Positions 54,958 through 64,000 are shown, numbered from the stretch's first letter. The stretch is 64,000 nt of DNA from an uncultured Chloroflexia bacterium (GCA_963833225.1 CAWHXD010000005.1:1-64000), one strand, 5' to 3'. Translations and numbers: made by a program. The notes: generated from the sequence alone by a model not told the origin.

Positions 54958-55608
54958 TCAGTCCAGGCGGCGGATGACGCCGATGAGCTTTCCCTGGATG
55001 CGCACCGAGGGGTAAAACTGCGGCGGGTACTCCGGGTTGGCGGGCTGCAGGCGGACGCGGTCCTTCTCGCGGAAGAAGCGCTTGAGGGTGACGGCGTTCT
55101 CCTCCACCTGGGCGACCACGATGTCTCCGTCACTGGCCGTATCCTGCTGGCGGATGACCACGAAGTCCCCGTCCGTGATGTGCGCCTCGATCATCGAGTC
55201 GCCGCGGACGCGGAGCACGTAGGCCTCCCCGGCAGGGGCGAGGATGTCCGGGACGGCGAGCGTCTCCGAGACCTCCTGGTAGGCCTCGATGGGGCCGCCG
55301 GCCGCGATCTCGCCGATCACCGGCAACGCGAATGACTCGCTGGGAATGGACTGGGGCATGAGCTCCGGCCCGAGGCCCATCATCAGGGCGGCGGTGGGCG
55401 TGAGGCGGATGGCCCGCGACTGGGCCGCCCCGCGCTCCAGGTACCCGTCCTTCTCCAGGATCTGCAGGTGGTGGTGCACCGCGGACGTGGATGCGAGACC
55501 GACCGCCTTGGCGATCTCCCGCACGGACGGGGGATAGCCGCGCGCCCGGATGGTCGCCGCGATCACGTCCATGATCTTCCGCTTGCGTTCCGCGTCGTGA
55601 CGGGTCAC
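54958..55608 (-). CDS. lexA: SOS repressor LexA
   Basis: GYPPSVREI..GLASTSAVHHHL, cleavage site IAAG, VRGDSM, VTLKR; GTG with AGGAG RBS. Confidence 0.96.
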   Translation of the reverse strand: MTRHDAERKRKIMDVIAATIRARGYPPSVREIAKAVGLASTSAVHHHLQILEKDGYLERGAAQSRAIRLTPTAALMMGLGPELMPQSIPSESFALPVIGEIAAGGPIEAYQEVSETLAVPDILAPAGEAYVLRVRGDSMIEAHITDGDFVVIRQQDTASDGDIVVAQVEENAVTLKRFFREKDRVRLQPANPEYPPQFYPSVRIQGKLIGVIRRLD

Positions 55609-55633
55609 GGGGGGTCTCCTTGTGGTTGGCATC

Positions 55634-55661
55634 ATGATACCGAACGGACGTTCGATGTCAA
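55634..55661 (-). promoter_or_regulatory. lexA promoter with LexA operator
   Basis: TTGACA N16 TATCAT, with CGAAC-N4-GTTCG (55641-55654) in the spacer. Confidence 0.88.
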
Positions 55662-55807
55662 TGCTGGACTCGGCCGGAGCGGCCACCCGGGGCCAAGGCC
55701 CGTGCGATGGGCGGTGCTACCATCGCCCTCCCCGGCTCGCAGCGACCGTGGGTCATAGGGTGAGGAGCAGGGTGGCTCGAGCATCGCGGCGGCGCCGCGA
55801 GGACCAC

Positions 55808-56302
55808 ATGACAGGCACACCAGTGCATCGCAAACAGCGGATTGGCCTCCGGCGCCTGTTCGGACTGGCGGCCTTCCTGCCGCTCGCGAGCCGGGCTCCG
55901 ATGTACGGACGCCTGTTCTGGGAGCTGGTCCGCGACGACCGGACGCCGGTCGGTCGCAAGGCCCTGCTGGCTGGAGCTCTGGGCTACCTTGCCCTGGGTC
56001 GGGACCTGGTCCCGGACAACCTGCCGATCGTCGGTGGCCTGGACGACCTCGTGGTCGTGGTGCTGGCCGTGGACCTGTTCCTCGATGGCGTCCCGGAGGA
56101 TGTCCTGGACGAGAAATTGGACGAGCTGGGCATCGACATTCGTTCGTTCCGCGAGGACGTCGCGCGGATCCGGCGCTTCACGCCGGGCTCGGTTCGACGC
56201 ATCATTCGCCGGGCGCCCGCCGCGGTGGGCCTCGCCGGCGACACGCTGCGCAACAGCGGGCTTGGACCGAGGGTCCGGGCCTGGATCAACGACCAGGTAT
56301 GA
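55808..56302 (+). CDS. YkvA/DUF1232 family protein
   Basis: DDRTP..K..ALGYL..DLVPDNLPIVGGLDDL. Confidence 0.82.
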   Translation: MTGTPVHRKQRIGLRRLFGLAAFLPLASRAPMYGRLFWELVRDDRTPVGRKALLAGALGYLALGRDLVPDNLPIVGGLDDLVVVVLAVDLFLDGVPEDVLDEKLDELGIDIRSFREDVARIRRFTPGSVRRIIRRAPAAVGLAGDTLRNSGLGPRVRAWINDQV

Positions 56303-56330
56303 ATTGACACATCCAGGAGGGTGCAAGCGC

Positions 56331-56777
56331 GTGAAGGTGATCCTGACCAAGGACGTCCCGAAGCTCGGCAAGAGCGGGGAGATGAAGACGGTCGCGGACG
56401 GCTACGCCCAGAACTTCCTCATCCCGCAGAAGCTTGCCGTCGTCGCGTCCGGGGGCGCCTATCGCGCGTACCAGCACGACATCGCGAGCCGCGAGGACAA
56501 GCGGAAGCGCGAGCGCGAGGATGCCGAGATTGCGGCCACCCGCATCGCGAGCACCACCCTGACGATGGGCGTCAAGGTGGGCGAGGGCGGCAAGCTGTAC
56601 GGCTCGATCAACAACCAGGACATCGCGGAGGCCCTCGGTCGCCGTGGCATCGTGGTCGACAAGCACAAGATCGAGCTGGAGCAGCCGATCAAGTCCCTCG
56701 GCACCTACAAGGTGGCGATCAAGGTCCTCGCGGGCATGACGCCCGAGGTGACGATCGTCGTCGAGCCCAAGGGCTGA
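56331..56777 (+). CDS. rplI: 50S ribosomal protein L9
   Basis: MKVILTKDVPKLGKSG..VADGYAQNFLIPQKLA, GKLYGSI, PIKSLG. Confidence 0.96.
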   Translation: MKVILTKDVPKLGKSGEMKTVADGYAQNFLIPQKLAVVASGGAYRAYQHDIASREDKRKREREDAEIAATRIASTTLTMGVKVGEGGKLYGSINNQDIAEALGRRGIVVDKHKIELEQPIKSLGTYKVAIKVLAGMTPEVTIVVEPKG

Positions 56778-56805
56778 CGCTCCACGGCCTGCGCGAGTCG
56801 CGGGC

Positions 56806-58359
56806 TCAGGGTGCCGGCACCGAGCCGGCCGGCCCCGTGATCCGGTAGGCGGTGACGCCGCAGTACGTGACCTCGTCCATCGGGTAGCCGGCCGCCCGCG
56901 CCAGCTCGACCTCCCCGTCGAGCTGGATGATCAGGACGGGCCTGCCCGCGTCCCGGAAGCGCTCGATCTCGTTCACGACGGTTGAGCCGGCGCTGACCGC
57001 CGTGAGGTCCGGCCGGGCACCCTCGACAGCCTGCGCGTACCAGATCGGCGTCGTCATGCTCCACCAGGCCACGATGCCGGCGTCCTGTGGCGCGCCGGCG
57101 AGGAGCTCGTCCAGGTAGCAGCGGGCGTCGGCCACCTTGACCCGGTCCTGGTTGATCCCGAGCAGGGCGAGCGGGACGGCGAGGGCGACGGCCGGCAGCA
57201 CCCGGGTGAGCGTCATCGGTCTGGCCGAGGCCCGCCGGCCCTCGGTCACAGGCTCTCCGCGATGGTCCCCGGTGGCCGCCCGCCACAACCGCTGCGCTCC
57301 GACGGCAGCCAGGATCCCCGCGACCGCGACGGGGAACAGCGCGTACCGCTCAATGTCGCCGTTCTGGTACGTCAGCCTCGCGTACAGCGTCAGCCCTCCG
57401 GTCGAGGCCAGGAGCCACGCGGTCCGCCACGCCCGCCGCGCCACCAGGTCGGCAAACCCCGCACCCGCGAGCACGACCAGTGCCATGGCTACGGGCGGCG
57501 TGAACGAATCACCGAGCTGCGCCAGGAACGTGCCCAGCTGCCCAAACGCCACACCTGGCCCGGACAGGCTGAAGAACGCCATCTGCCCCCCGAAGTCCTG
57601 GCCCAGGACGTAGCGCAGGAACAGCTCAAGGGTCGTGGGGGCGTAGTCGTACTGGATCGGCGGGTTGGCCGCCGCGCGCAGGGGCACGTAGAGGTACACG
57701 CTGAGTCCCGCCACGAGCGCGAGGACGCTGGCGGCGATCGTGCGCGGCTCGCGCAGGACCGAGGGACGGGTGGCGAGGAGGTACACGGCGATGCCCGGCG
57801 CGAGCAGCGCCATCAGCATGTGATTGCCAACGCCCAGCCCGAACACCAACGCAGCCAGGGCAAGCCATCGGGGCCGGCGACCGCGATCCCATACGAGGAG
57901 CAGCGCGACGACGGTCAGCGCGAGCAGCACGTGAAGCGGGTGCGGGTCGGCTCGCCCGGCCGTCCGCCAGTACGCCGTCATCAGGCCGCACGCGAGGGCC
58001 GTGGCCGCCGCCAGCTCGCGTCCGGCTCCGAGCTGGCGCGCGATCGCGAACAGCACCCCGATCGCCAGGGCGGCCGTGACGGCGGTCAGCAGGTTCATCT
58101 CGTAGGCAGGCCCGCCGAGCGAAAGCAGGGTCGTCCACAGCCAGCCGAGGATGTTGAAGGTCGGGAACCCCGTCGGGTGGGTGAGCCCCAGGGTGGGCGG
58201 CGCCGCCTGGAAGATCGCGGTGTCCCAGAACCCGACGTCCGGCAGCAGGCGCCAGGTGTAGGCGGCCAGCGCGACGAACACGACCGCCGCGGCCTCGAGG
58301 AGCAGCGTGAGGCGGTCGGGTCGAGCCCGGGTCCCGCTGTCCGTCGCGTCCTCGCTCAC
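56806..58359 (-). CDS. DUF2723/TMEM260-like GT-C membrane protein
   Basis: WDTAIFQ..LGLTHPTGFP, GLGVGNH, YLYVPLRA. Confidence 0.82.
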   Translation of the reverse strand: MSEDATDSGTRARPDRLTLLLEAAAVVFVALAAYTWRLLPDVGFWDTAIFQAAPPTLGLTHPTGFPTFNILGWLWTTLLSLGGPAYEMNLLTAVTAALAIGVLFAIARQLGAGRELAAATALACGLMTAYWRTAGRADPHPLHVLLALTVVALLLVWDRGRRPRWLALAALVFGLGVGNHMLMALLAPGIAVYLLATRPSVLREPRTIAASVLALVAGLSVYLYVPLRAAANPPIQYDYAPTTLELFLRYVLGQDFGGQMAFFSLSGPGVAFGQLGTFLAQLGDSFTPPVAMALVVLAGAGFADLVARRAWRTAWLLASTGGLTLYARLTYQNGDIERYALFPVAVAGILAAVGAQRLWRAATGDHRGEPVTEGRRASARPMTLTRVLPAVALAVPLALLGINQDRVKVADARCYLDELLAGAPQDAGIVAWWSMTTPIWYAQAVEGARPDLTAVSAGSTVVNEIERFRDAGRPVLIIQLDGEVELARAAGYPMDEVTYCGVTAYRITGPAGSVPAP

Positions 58360-58363
58360 GACG

Positions 58364-59665
58364 TCAGAACGCCACGAAGCCGATCGAGATCGCCCAGATC
58401 CCGTACGCGCAGATCACGACCGAGCCCACGGCCGCCAGCTTCATCAGGCGTGTCCAGCCACGCGCGACCACGGTGGCCAGGATCGCGAACAGGAGCAGCT
58501 GGAAGTCGAGGCTGAACCGGTACCCGAACTGGGTGATGCCGACATTGCCGTGGGTGATGATCGGGAGCGAGACGATCACGACGCCCAGCAGCGACCAGCC
58601 AACCATCGGGGTTCGGATCCGGGCCTTGAGCAGCCACAGGAAGAGCGGAGTGGTCAGGAAGATCCCGAGCCCCCACCACGAGGGCTGGAGGAACGGGAAC
58701 TCGTCCACGTAGTTCCAGCTCCGGAACAGGATCGCGAACAGGTTCCGCGGGATGTACCACAGCGACAGGATGCCGTGCTCCACGTAGATCGGGTCCTCGA
58801 GCACCCCCGGGATCCGCGTGTAGGCCTGGTCGGTGAGGGTGCCCCAGCGGAGCAGGTTGAAGCCGATGTAGATCGCGGCGGGGACGGCGAGCCCGAGGCC
58901 GAACACGACCGTCGTTCGCAGCAGGCGTCCCTTGTCCATCGACCGCAGGGCGGACCAGCCCGGGAAGCCCAGCTGCGCCGCGAGCACGAACGGCAGCGCG
59001 AGGCCGGTCGGGAGCCGGGACAGGGCCGCCAGGCCGAGCAGGAGCCCGGCGATCCAGGCCGGCTTCCGGGTCAGGGCGCTCAGGGTGGCCATCGCGAGCA
59101 GCAGCACCGCGGAGACGTGGGCGAAGTACCAGGACGAGCCGCTGATGGCCACGTACCAGAAGCAGGTCCCGAAGGCGAACACCGTGCTCAGCGCCAGGCG
59201 GTCCCGGACGCGCAGGGCGAGCCCCAGCCGGCCCAGGACGAGGTACACGACGCCGGTGGCCAGGCCGGCATAGAGCGAGCTGTAGACCTGGGCCGGGAAC
59301 TCGCGACCGAAGATGGCGACGAACGGGAGGGCGAGCACGGCCGGCATCGGCGGATAGGCGACGTACCAGCGTCCGTCGCCGGCCGGGATCAGCTCGTTGA
59401 GCCACGACGGGGCCTCGTCCAGCCAGTAGCGGCCATGGAGGAAGGCATCGGCGAGGCGGTTGAAGTAGTCAAGCGCCTGTGGCTCGGCGGCGGCGGTCCC
59501 GAGGAAGACCGCCACGCCGAGGATCGTCATGGCGAGGAAGCCCCAGAGCTCGGGGCGGCGGCCGGCCCGCTCGACGAGGAGTGCCCCCAGGGTGCCGTCG
59601 AGGTAGGCGCGCACCCGGGCCGTGAAGCCCTGGTCCAGCGGGTCCATCGCCTGTCCGTGTGCCAC
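58364..59665 (-). CDS. Polytopic membrane protein, putative GT-C (paralog of 25947..27200)
   Basis: LADAFLHGR, YVAYPPMPAVL, YN..RWG, PFLQP, QFGYRF. Confidence 0.65.
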   Translation of the reverse strand: MAHGQAMDPLDQGFTARVRAYLDGTLGALLVERAGRRPELWGFLAMTILGVAVFLGTAAAEPQALDYFNRLADAFLHGRYWLDEAPSWLNELIPAGDGRWYVAYPPMPAVLALPFVAIFGREFPAQVYSSLYAGLATGVVYLVLGRLGLALRVRDRLALSTVFAFGTCFWYVAISGSSWYFAHVSAVLLLAMATLSALTRKPAWIAGLLLGLAALSRLPTGLALPFVLAAQLGFPGWSALRSMDKGRLLRTTVVFGLGLAVPAAIYIGFNLLRWGTLTDQAYTRIPGVLEDPIYVEHGILSLWYIPRNLFAILFRSWNYVDEFPFLQPSWWGLGIFLTTPLFLWLLKARIRTPMVGWSLLGVVIVSLPIITHGNVGITQFGYRFSLDFQLLLFAILATVVARGWTRLMKLAAVGSVVICAYGIWAISIGFVAF

Positions 59666-59778
59666 GTGTCGCCCTCAGCGGCTGCCCAGCGCGCAGAGCG
59701 TAGCAACCGGCGGGCTCGGCGTCGCCACCCCGGGAGCTCCGGGCTGCGCCGGGGACCTCGGCGGCGCAGAATCCGCGC

Positions 59779-61110
59779 GTGAGCGAGCGGACGATCCTGC
59801 ATGTCGACCTCGACGCGTTCTTCGCGGCGGTCGAGCAGCGCGACCGGCCCGAGCTGCGAGGCCGGCCGGTGATCGTGGGCGGTGCCGATCCGACGCAGCG
59901 CGGGGTCGTGTCTGCCGCCAGCTACGAGGCGCGCAGGTTCGGCGTCCACTCGGCGATGCCGCTGCGGACGGCCTACCGGCTCTGCCCGCACGGCGTGTAC
60001 CTGCCGGTGGACGGGCGGCGCTACCAGGCAGCGAGCCGGGACGTGATGGCGATCCTGCGCCGGTTCACGCCCCAGGTGCAGCCGCTCTCGATCGATGAGG
60101 CGTTCCTCGACGTGACCGGGTCGCGGGCGCTGTTCGGGAACGGCGAGACGATCGGGCGGACGATCAAGGCCGTCGTTCACGACGAGGTGGGGCTCACCGC
60201 GTCGGTCGGCGTCGCGGCCACCAAGCTGGTGGCCAAGATCGGCTCGGACCTGCGCAAGCCCGACGGGCTTGTGGTCGTGCCGCCCGGCGAGGAGGCTGCG
60301 TTCCTCGCCCCGCTGCCGATCTCCCGGCTGTGGGGCGTGGGCGAGAAGACGGCCGCCGTGCTGCGCGAGTTCGGGGTCGTGACCATCGGCGACCTGGCGG
60401 CGCTGCCGCGTGAGGCGCTGGAGCGGCGGTTCGGGAAGCACGGTGCCTCGCTGGTGGATCGGGCGCACGGGCTGGATCCCGACCCCGTCGCGACCGGGGA
60501 GCCGGCGAAGTCGATCGGGCACGAGCACACGTTCGGGCACGACACCTCCGATCGCGACGTGATCGAGCGCACGCTGCTGGGAATGGCCGACGGCGTCGCC
60601 TGGCGGCTCCGGGCGGCAGGTCTGCGGGCAGCCACGATCACCCTCAAGCTGCGCGACTCCTCGTTCACGACCATCACCCGGCAGACGACGCTCGAGGTGC
60701 CGGCTGACCTCACCGAGCCGATCTTCGACGCGGCGCTCGGGCTCCTGCGCCGCGAGCTCCATGGGCAGCGGATCCGGCTGGTGGGGGTCACGGCGTCGAA
60801 CTTCCGCGACCCGAGGCAGCTTGGGCTATTCGAGGGCCCGAAGGGGGAGGCGGGGCCGGCCGACCCGCGACGGCACCGGGCGGCCGAGGCGATGGACACG
60901 ATCCGGCGCCGGTATGGCGAGCGGGCCGTGACCCGGGGCCGGCTCGTCCGGGCGGGCGTGCCGACCGTCTTCGAGCGGGACCCGAACGCCGCGATCGAGG
61001 GGCGACCCGGGGTTCCGGGGACGCCGACGGGGCGCACTCGGAGGCACGAGCCGGCTCCGGCCGGCGACGACGCGGACGAGGGGGTCGATCCGCCCACACC
61101 GGAGGAGTAG
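59779..61110 (+). CDS. dinB: DNA polymerase IV (Y family)
   Basis: HVDLDAFFAAVE, ASYEARRFGV, SIDEAFLD, KPDG, GVGEKT, KSIGHEHTF, clamp motif QLGLF. Confidence 0.95.
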   Translation: MSERTILHVDLDAFFAAVEQRDRPELRGRPVIVGGADPTQRGVVSAASYEARRFGVHSAMPLRTAYRLCPHGVYLPVDGRRYQAASRDVMAILRRFTPQVQPLSIDEAFLDVTGSRALFGNGETIGRTIKAVVHDEVGLTASVGVAATKLVAKIGSDLRKPDGLVVVPPGEEAAFLAPLPISRLWGVGEKTAAVLREFGVVTIGDLAALPREALERRFGKHGASLVDRAHGLDPDPVATGEPAKSIGHEHTFGHDTSDRDVIERTLLGMADGVAWRLRAAGLRAATITLKLRDSSFTTITRQTTLEVPADLTEPIFDAALGLLRRELHGQRIRLVGVTASNFRDPRQLGLFEGPKGEAGPADPRRHRAAEAMDTIRRRYGERAVTRGRLVRAGVPTVFERDPNAAIEGRPGVPGTPTGRTRRHEPAPAGDDADEGVDPPTPEE

Positions 61111-61196
61111 GCGAGCGCGCCTCCATTGCCAGAACGCCCGTGCGGTTTGTGACACCAGAGCTGTCACAGCGTTCGGCGACGCTTCGCTCACGACGC

Positions 61197-61251
61197 TTGA
61201 CATCGAACACCTGTTCGGTCTAGTGTCGCGGCAGAAACGAACAAGCGTTCG
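61197..61251 (+). promoter_or_regulatory. Promoter with two LexA boxes
   Basis: TTGACA 61197-202; CGAAC-ACCT-GTTCG 61204-17; TAGTGT 61221-26; CGAAC-AAGC-GTTCG 61238-51. Confidence 0.88.
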
Positions 61252-61304
61252 CATCCGGAGTGCCCCCGGCTGACGACGACACCCGCCGCGTGAAGGAGAA
61301 CACC

Positions 61305-61574
61305 ATGGCGATGGTTCGCGTCGCACCGGTCAGCGTCCGGGTTCGGACGGACTGGCTACGGGGCATTCCCCGCGAGATCACCTGGGGTGAGGACCGGATC
61401 CCGGTCATGCGTCTCGTCTCGGTCCGCGACGAGGGCCGCGCGTACCCGGCCATCACCGGGCCGCGCACCCTGTTCGAGGTGGACACCCCCGGGTACCGCG
61501 TCGCGCTCACCTTCCAGCATCGGTCGCGCCGCTGGACGATCGACGGGCTGGACGGCCTGGACGCAGCCGCCTGA
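61305..61574 (+). CDS. 89-aa small protein under LexA boxes (resembles DUF6504 / ImuB C-terminal-type beta domain)
   Basis: AAGGAG RBS plus ATG; PVSVRV..G.PREITW..V..R..FEV..L....RRW.IDGLD pattern. Confidence 0.75.
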   Translation: MAMVRVAPVSVRVRTDWLRGIPREITWGEDRIPVMRLVSVRDEGRAYPAITGPRTLFEVDTPGYRVALTFQHRSRRWTIDGLDGLDAAA

Positions 61575-61687
61575 GGCCTGCCATCACCCTCGGGAGCCAC
61601 GGCTCCTCCCCGTCGGCTCCCATGACTGGCTGCGGGGCGGGCGCGATCGCGCTCGCCCCGCGGACCGCTTCGCGAACAGCCCGGTAA

Positions 61688-63040
61688 CTACTGGCGGAAC
61701 GCGACCTCCTGGACGACGAACTGCAGCCGACACCAGGTGATCGCCAGGTCCTTCGGGACCAGGATCGCGCCGGTCTCGGCGTCTCGAGCGCGGCAGGTCT
61801 GGGCTTCCGGGCTGTCCATCGAGACCGTGAGGAAGAGGCTCTGGTGTCGGGGCAGCCTGGCAAGGGCCGACGCGAGGTCTGGAGGCATGGCCACCACGAG
61901 GTCCCGCATCCCGCCGTCCCCGGTCTGCACCCGGATCCTCGTTGAGGCCAGCAGCAGCCAGGCAGCGTCAACATCGCACCCGTCCCGCTTGCGCACCCAC
62001 CCGCAGTCGCCCTTGACCTCCCGGACCTCCCACAGCGCGGCGGCTTCCGCCTGGATCCGGACCTCGGTGTTGCCGTGGCAGGCCAGGAAGTCGATGTGGG
62101 TGAGGCCGGTCACGGCGTCCGCGTCGGGGGCGCCGTAGCAGCGCGGTGCCGTGGGCGTGATCCAGGTCTTCGCGCCGTCGGCGTCCGCCACCCAGCCGAA
62201 CAGGTCGAGGACCTCGCTGTCTGTCTGGATCTCCCACCAGGTGTGGCCATCGCTTTCAACGGGGCCGCCCACGACCAGCATCCGGGTTCCGGCCGGCAGC
62301 AGTGGCTTGAAGCGCTTTGAGGCGTCGCCCACGCTGGGTGCACTGCGGACCCGCAGGTTGTCGCCGTCGAGCGTGACGATGGCGATGGACCCGACATGGA
62401 GACCCTCGTCCGCGGGCAGGGTGGGTGAGGGTGTCGGCGCCTCCGTAGCCCCGCCCGACGCGGTTGCCGAGGGCGTCCAGGCGGCAGATGGCGAGGCGAG
62501 CGGGTCCACGCCGGCGCCGCCGCGGTTCGCGACGAGCCGCGGGACGACGAGCGCCGCCGCGGCAACGCCCAGGACGGTGATCAGGGCCACGACGGCGATG
62601 ATCCGGGCACCGCCACCTCGCCCGCCGCCCGCATGCCCAGTCGCGCGGGCCGTGCCGACGGGCCGGGGTGGCGACGCACGCACGGCGGCCATGGCCGAAT
62701 CGAGCAGGTTGGGTGGCATCGTTCCCGCGACGTCGGGCCTCCCAGCGCCGCTCAGGCGCATCCGGCATTCGCTGATGAGGATCCGGTCCAGCCAGCCGTC
62801 GAACCGCTCCAGATCCTCGAGGCGCGGCAGCTCCCGCCAGGCAGCCAGCAGCGCGTTGGTCACGGCATCGGATGCCTCGACGTCGGAGCCGAGGATGGCC
62901 CGCGCCAGTCGCCATCCTCCGGCCAGCCGGGCAGCCGCCACCGCTTCGAAGGCGCCGATGTCGCCGTCCCGCGCCCGCGCGAGCAGCGCGGCGTCCTGGG
63001 GCGCGGACGGAGCGTTGGGTGCTCGACCAGCTTCCGACAT
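61688..63040 (-). CDS. ECF sigma region-2-like domain + TM + extracytoplasmic SH3-like/Cys-rich domain
   Basis: LLARARDGDIGAFE..RLARAILG..ASDAVTNALLAAWRELPRLEDLERFDGWLDRILISEC; TM IIAVVALITVLGVAAAALVV; DNLRVRSAPS..GPVESDGHTWWEI. Confidence 0.7.
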   Translation of the reverse strand: MSEAGRAPNAPSAPQDAALLARARDGDIGAFEAVAAARLAGGWRLARAILGSDVEASDAVTNALLAAWRELPRLEDLERFDGWLDRILISECRMRLSGAGRPDVAGTMPPNLLDSAMAAVRASPPRPVGTARATGHAGGGRGGGARIIAVVALITVLGVAAAALVVPRLVANRGGAGVDPLASPSAAWTPSATASGGATEAPTPSPTLPADEGLHVGSIAIVTLDGDNLRVRSAPSVGDASKRFKPLLPAGTRMLVVGGPVESDGHTWWEIQTDSEVLDLFGWVADADGAKTWITPTAPRCYGAPDADAVTGLTHIDFLACHGNTEVRIQAEAAALWEVREVKGDCGWVRKRDGCDVDAAWLLLASTRIRVQTGDGGMRDLVVAMPPDLASALARLPRHQSLFLTVSMDSPEAQTCRARDAETGAILVPKDLAITWCRLQFVVQEVAFRQ

Positions 63041-63168
63041 GACTCCCCCTCTGGAGCGCAAGCATGCCACGTCGTGGGCGGCTGGCCGGCATGTTGGGCC
63101 GATCGGCCCGGGACCGTCGGACGCACCGGCCTGCGATGGGCGACCCGGGCCCTGTCTACAATCGACGG

Positions 63169-63837
63169 GTGGAACCGAGAAGCCGCTTTCGCGACCTGAC
63201 GGTCGCCGAGTTCGTCCAGCAGCTCGCGTCGGGCGAGCCAGTCCCGGGCGGCGGAGCCGCCGCCGCCATCGCCGGCAGCCTGGGCGCTGCCCTGGTCGCG
63301 ATGGTGGCCAACCTGTCGGAGGGGCGTCCAAAGTACGCGGAGCACGCGGATCTGCACGCCCGAGCGATCCCGGCCGCCGCTGAGCTCGTCGAGCGCCTGC
63401 TCGCTCTCGCCGACGAGGATGCCGAAGCATTCGCGGGGTATGGCGCGGCGCTCAGGATGCCGCGTGAGACGGATGAGGAGAAGACCGTCCGGACGGCCGC
63501 GATCCAGGAGGCAGCGCTCGCCGCCACGCTCTCGCCGCTGCAGGTGGTCGAGGCGTCGCTGGAGATCGTCACCCTGGCCGAGGAGCTGGCCGGGCGCAGC
63601 AACAAGAACGCGTCGTCGGACCTCGAGGTCTCGGCGCTGATGTCGGTGGCGGCCTGCCGGTCCGCGGCCGCGAACGTGTACATCAACCTGCCGTCGCTGG
63701 GCGACGAGTCCCGTGCCAAGGACATCCTCGAGCGGACGGTGGGGCTCGCGGATGCGGTCGAGCGCCTGGCCTCCAGGACACGCGAGGTGGTGCGCAGCGG
63801 CGAGGCCCGGGGCGTGCTCCCGGTGGAGGGCGAATGA
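63169..63837 (+). CDS. fchA: Cyclodeaminase/methenyl-THF cyclohydrolase family (FTCD C-terminal-like)
   Basis: LASGEPVPGGGAAAA, LADEDAEAF, N.NASSD, NVYINL. Confidence 0.85.
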   Translation: MEPRSRFRDLTVAEFVQQLASGEPVPGGGAAAAIAGSLGAALVAMVANLSEGRPKYAEHADLHARAIPAAAELVERLLALADEDAEAFAGYGAALRMPRETDEEKTVRTAAIQEAALAATLSPLQVVEASLEIVTLAEELAGRSNKNASSDLEVSALMSVAACRSAAANVYINLPSLGDESRAKDILERTVGLADAVERLASRTREVVRSGEARGVLPVEGE

Positions 63838-64000
63838 CCGCCTTCGCCGCCGACGACGGCCCCCGCCTCCTGCGCGGCGGGCCGATCGCCACCACCATCC
63901 GCGAGCAGGTCGCCACGGACGTCGCGAGCTTCAAGGCGGAGTACGGCCACGCGCCGGCCCTGGCCGTCGTGGTCGTGGGCAAGGACGCGCCGTCAGCGGT
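63834..64000 (+). CDS. folD: Methylene-THF dehydrogenase/cyclohydrolase, N-terminal part (runs off window edge)
   Basis: LLRGGPIATTIREQV..PALAVVVVGKDAPS; ATGA overlap with fchA. Confidence 0.8.
   Translation, partial: MTAFAADDGPRLLRGGPIATTIREQVATDVASFKAEYGHAPALAVVVVGKDAPSA

Noticed and set aside
15105-64000. Many long overlapping or antisense ORFs (e.g. 25938..27284-, 28046..29881-, 40184..42022+, 53534..54865+, 58307..59782+)
   Set aside because: Shadow frames expected at high GC; Arg/Pro/Gly-rich, no motifs, and they overlap well-supported genes.

Overview
The window looks like a chimera of three sources. (1) 1-~14290 is AT-rich, Bacillales/Planococcaceae-like and heavily frameshifted. 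It holds bkdR-ptb-bcd-buk-lpdV-bkdAA-bkdAB-bkdB followed by the two methylmalonyl-CoA mutase subunits. (2) ~14291-15104 is an AT-rich internal kdpB fragment with both ends missing. (3) ~15105-64000 is GC-rich and probably Chloroflexota (GAAC-N4-GTTC LexA boxes, gene content; taxonomy inferred). It carries a surface-glycan locus (GT2/GT4, Wzx-GT2 fusion, DegT plus formyltransferase, many GT-C-like membrane proteins, a duplicated acyltransferase+SGNH pair), then pcm, a signalling cassette, dodecin, nucleoside hydrolase, dnaB, lexA, rplI, dinB, a sigma-region-2/TM/SH3-like fusion, fchA and folD. The best candidate for an undescribed system is 42928-50686 (- strand): STAND/BTAD regulator > sigma70-type promoter with an inverted repeat > four-hairpin leader > two micro-ORFs absent from the ORF track (MGPTKAFKSW and MKDRLLRVLVALSAVAAVALAGGASLRGF) > membrane HD-GYP phosphodiesterase > DUF5317-MFS fusion with an LspA-like Asp pair. 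I read this as a possible peptide-signalling system feeding cyclic-dinucleotide turnover (inference). All family calls come from motif recognition by eye; no searches were run.
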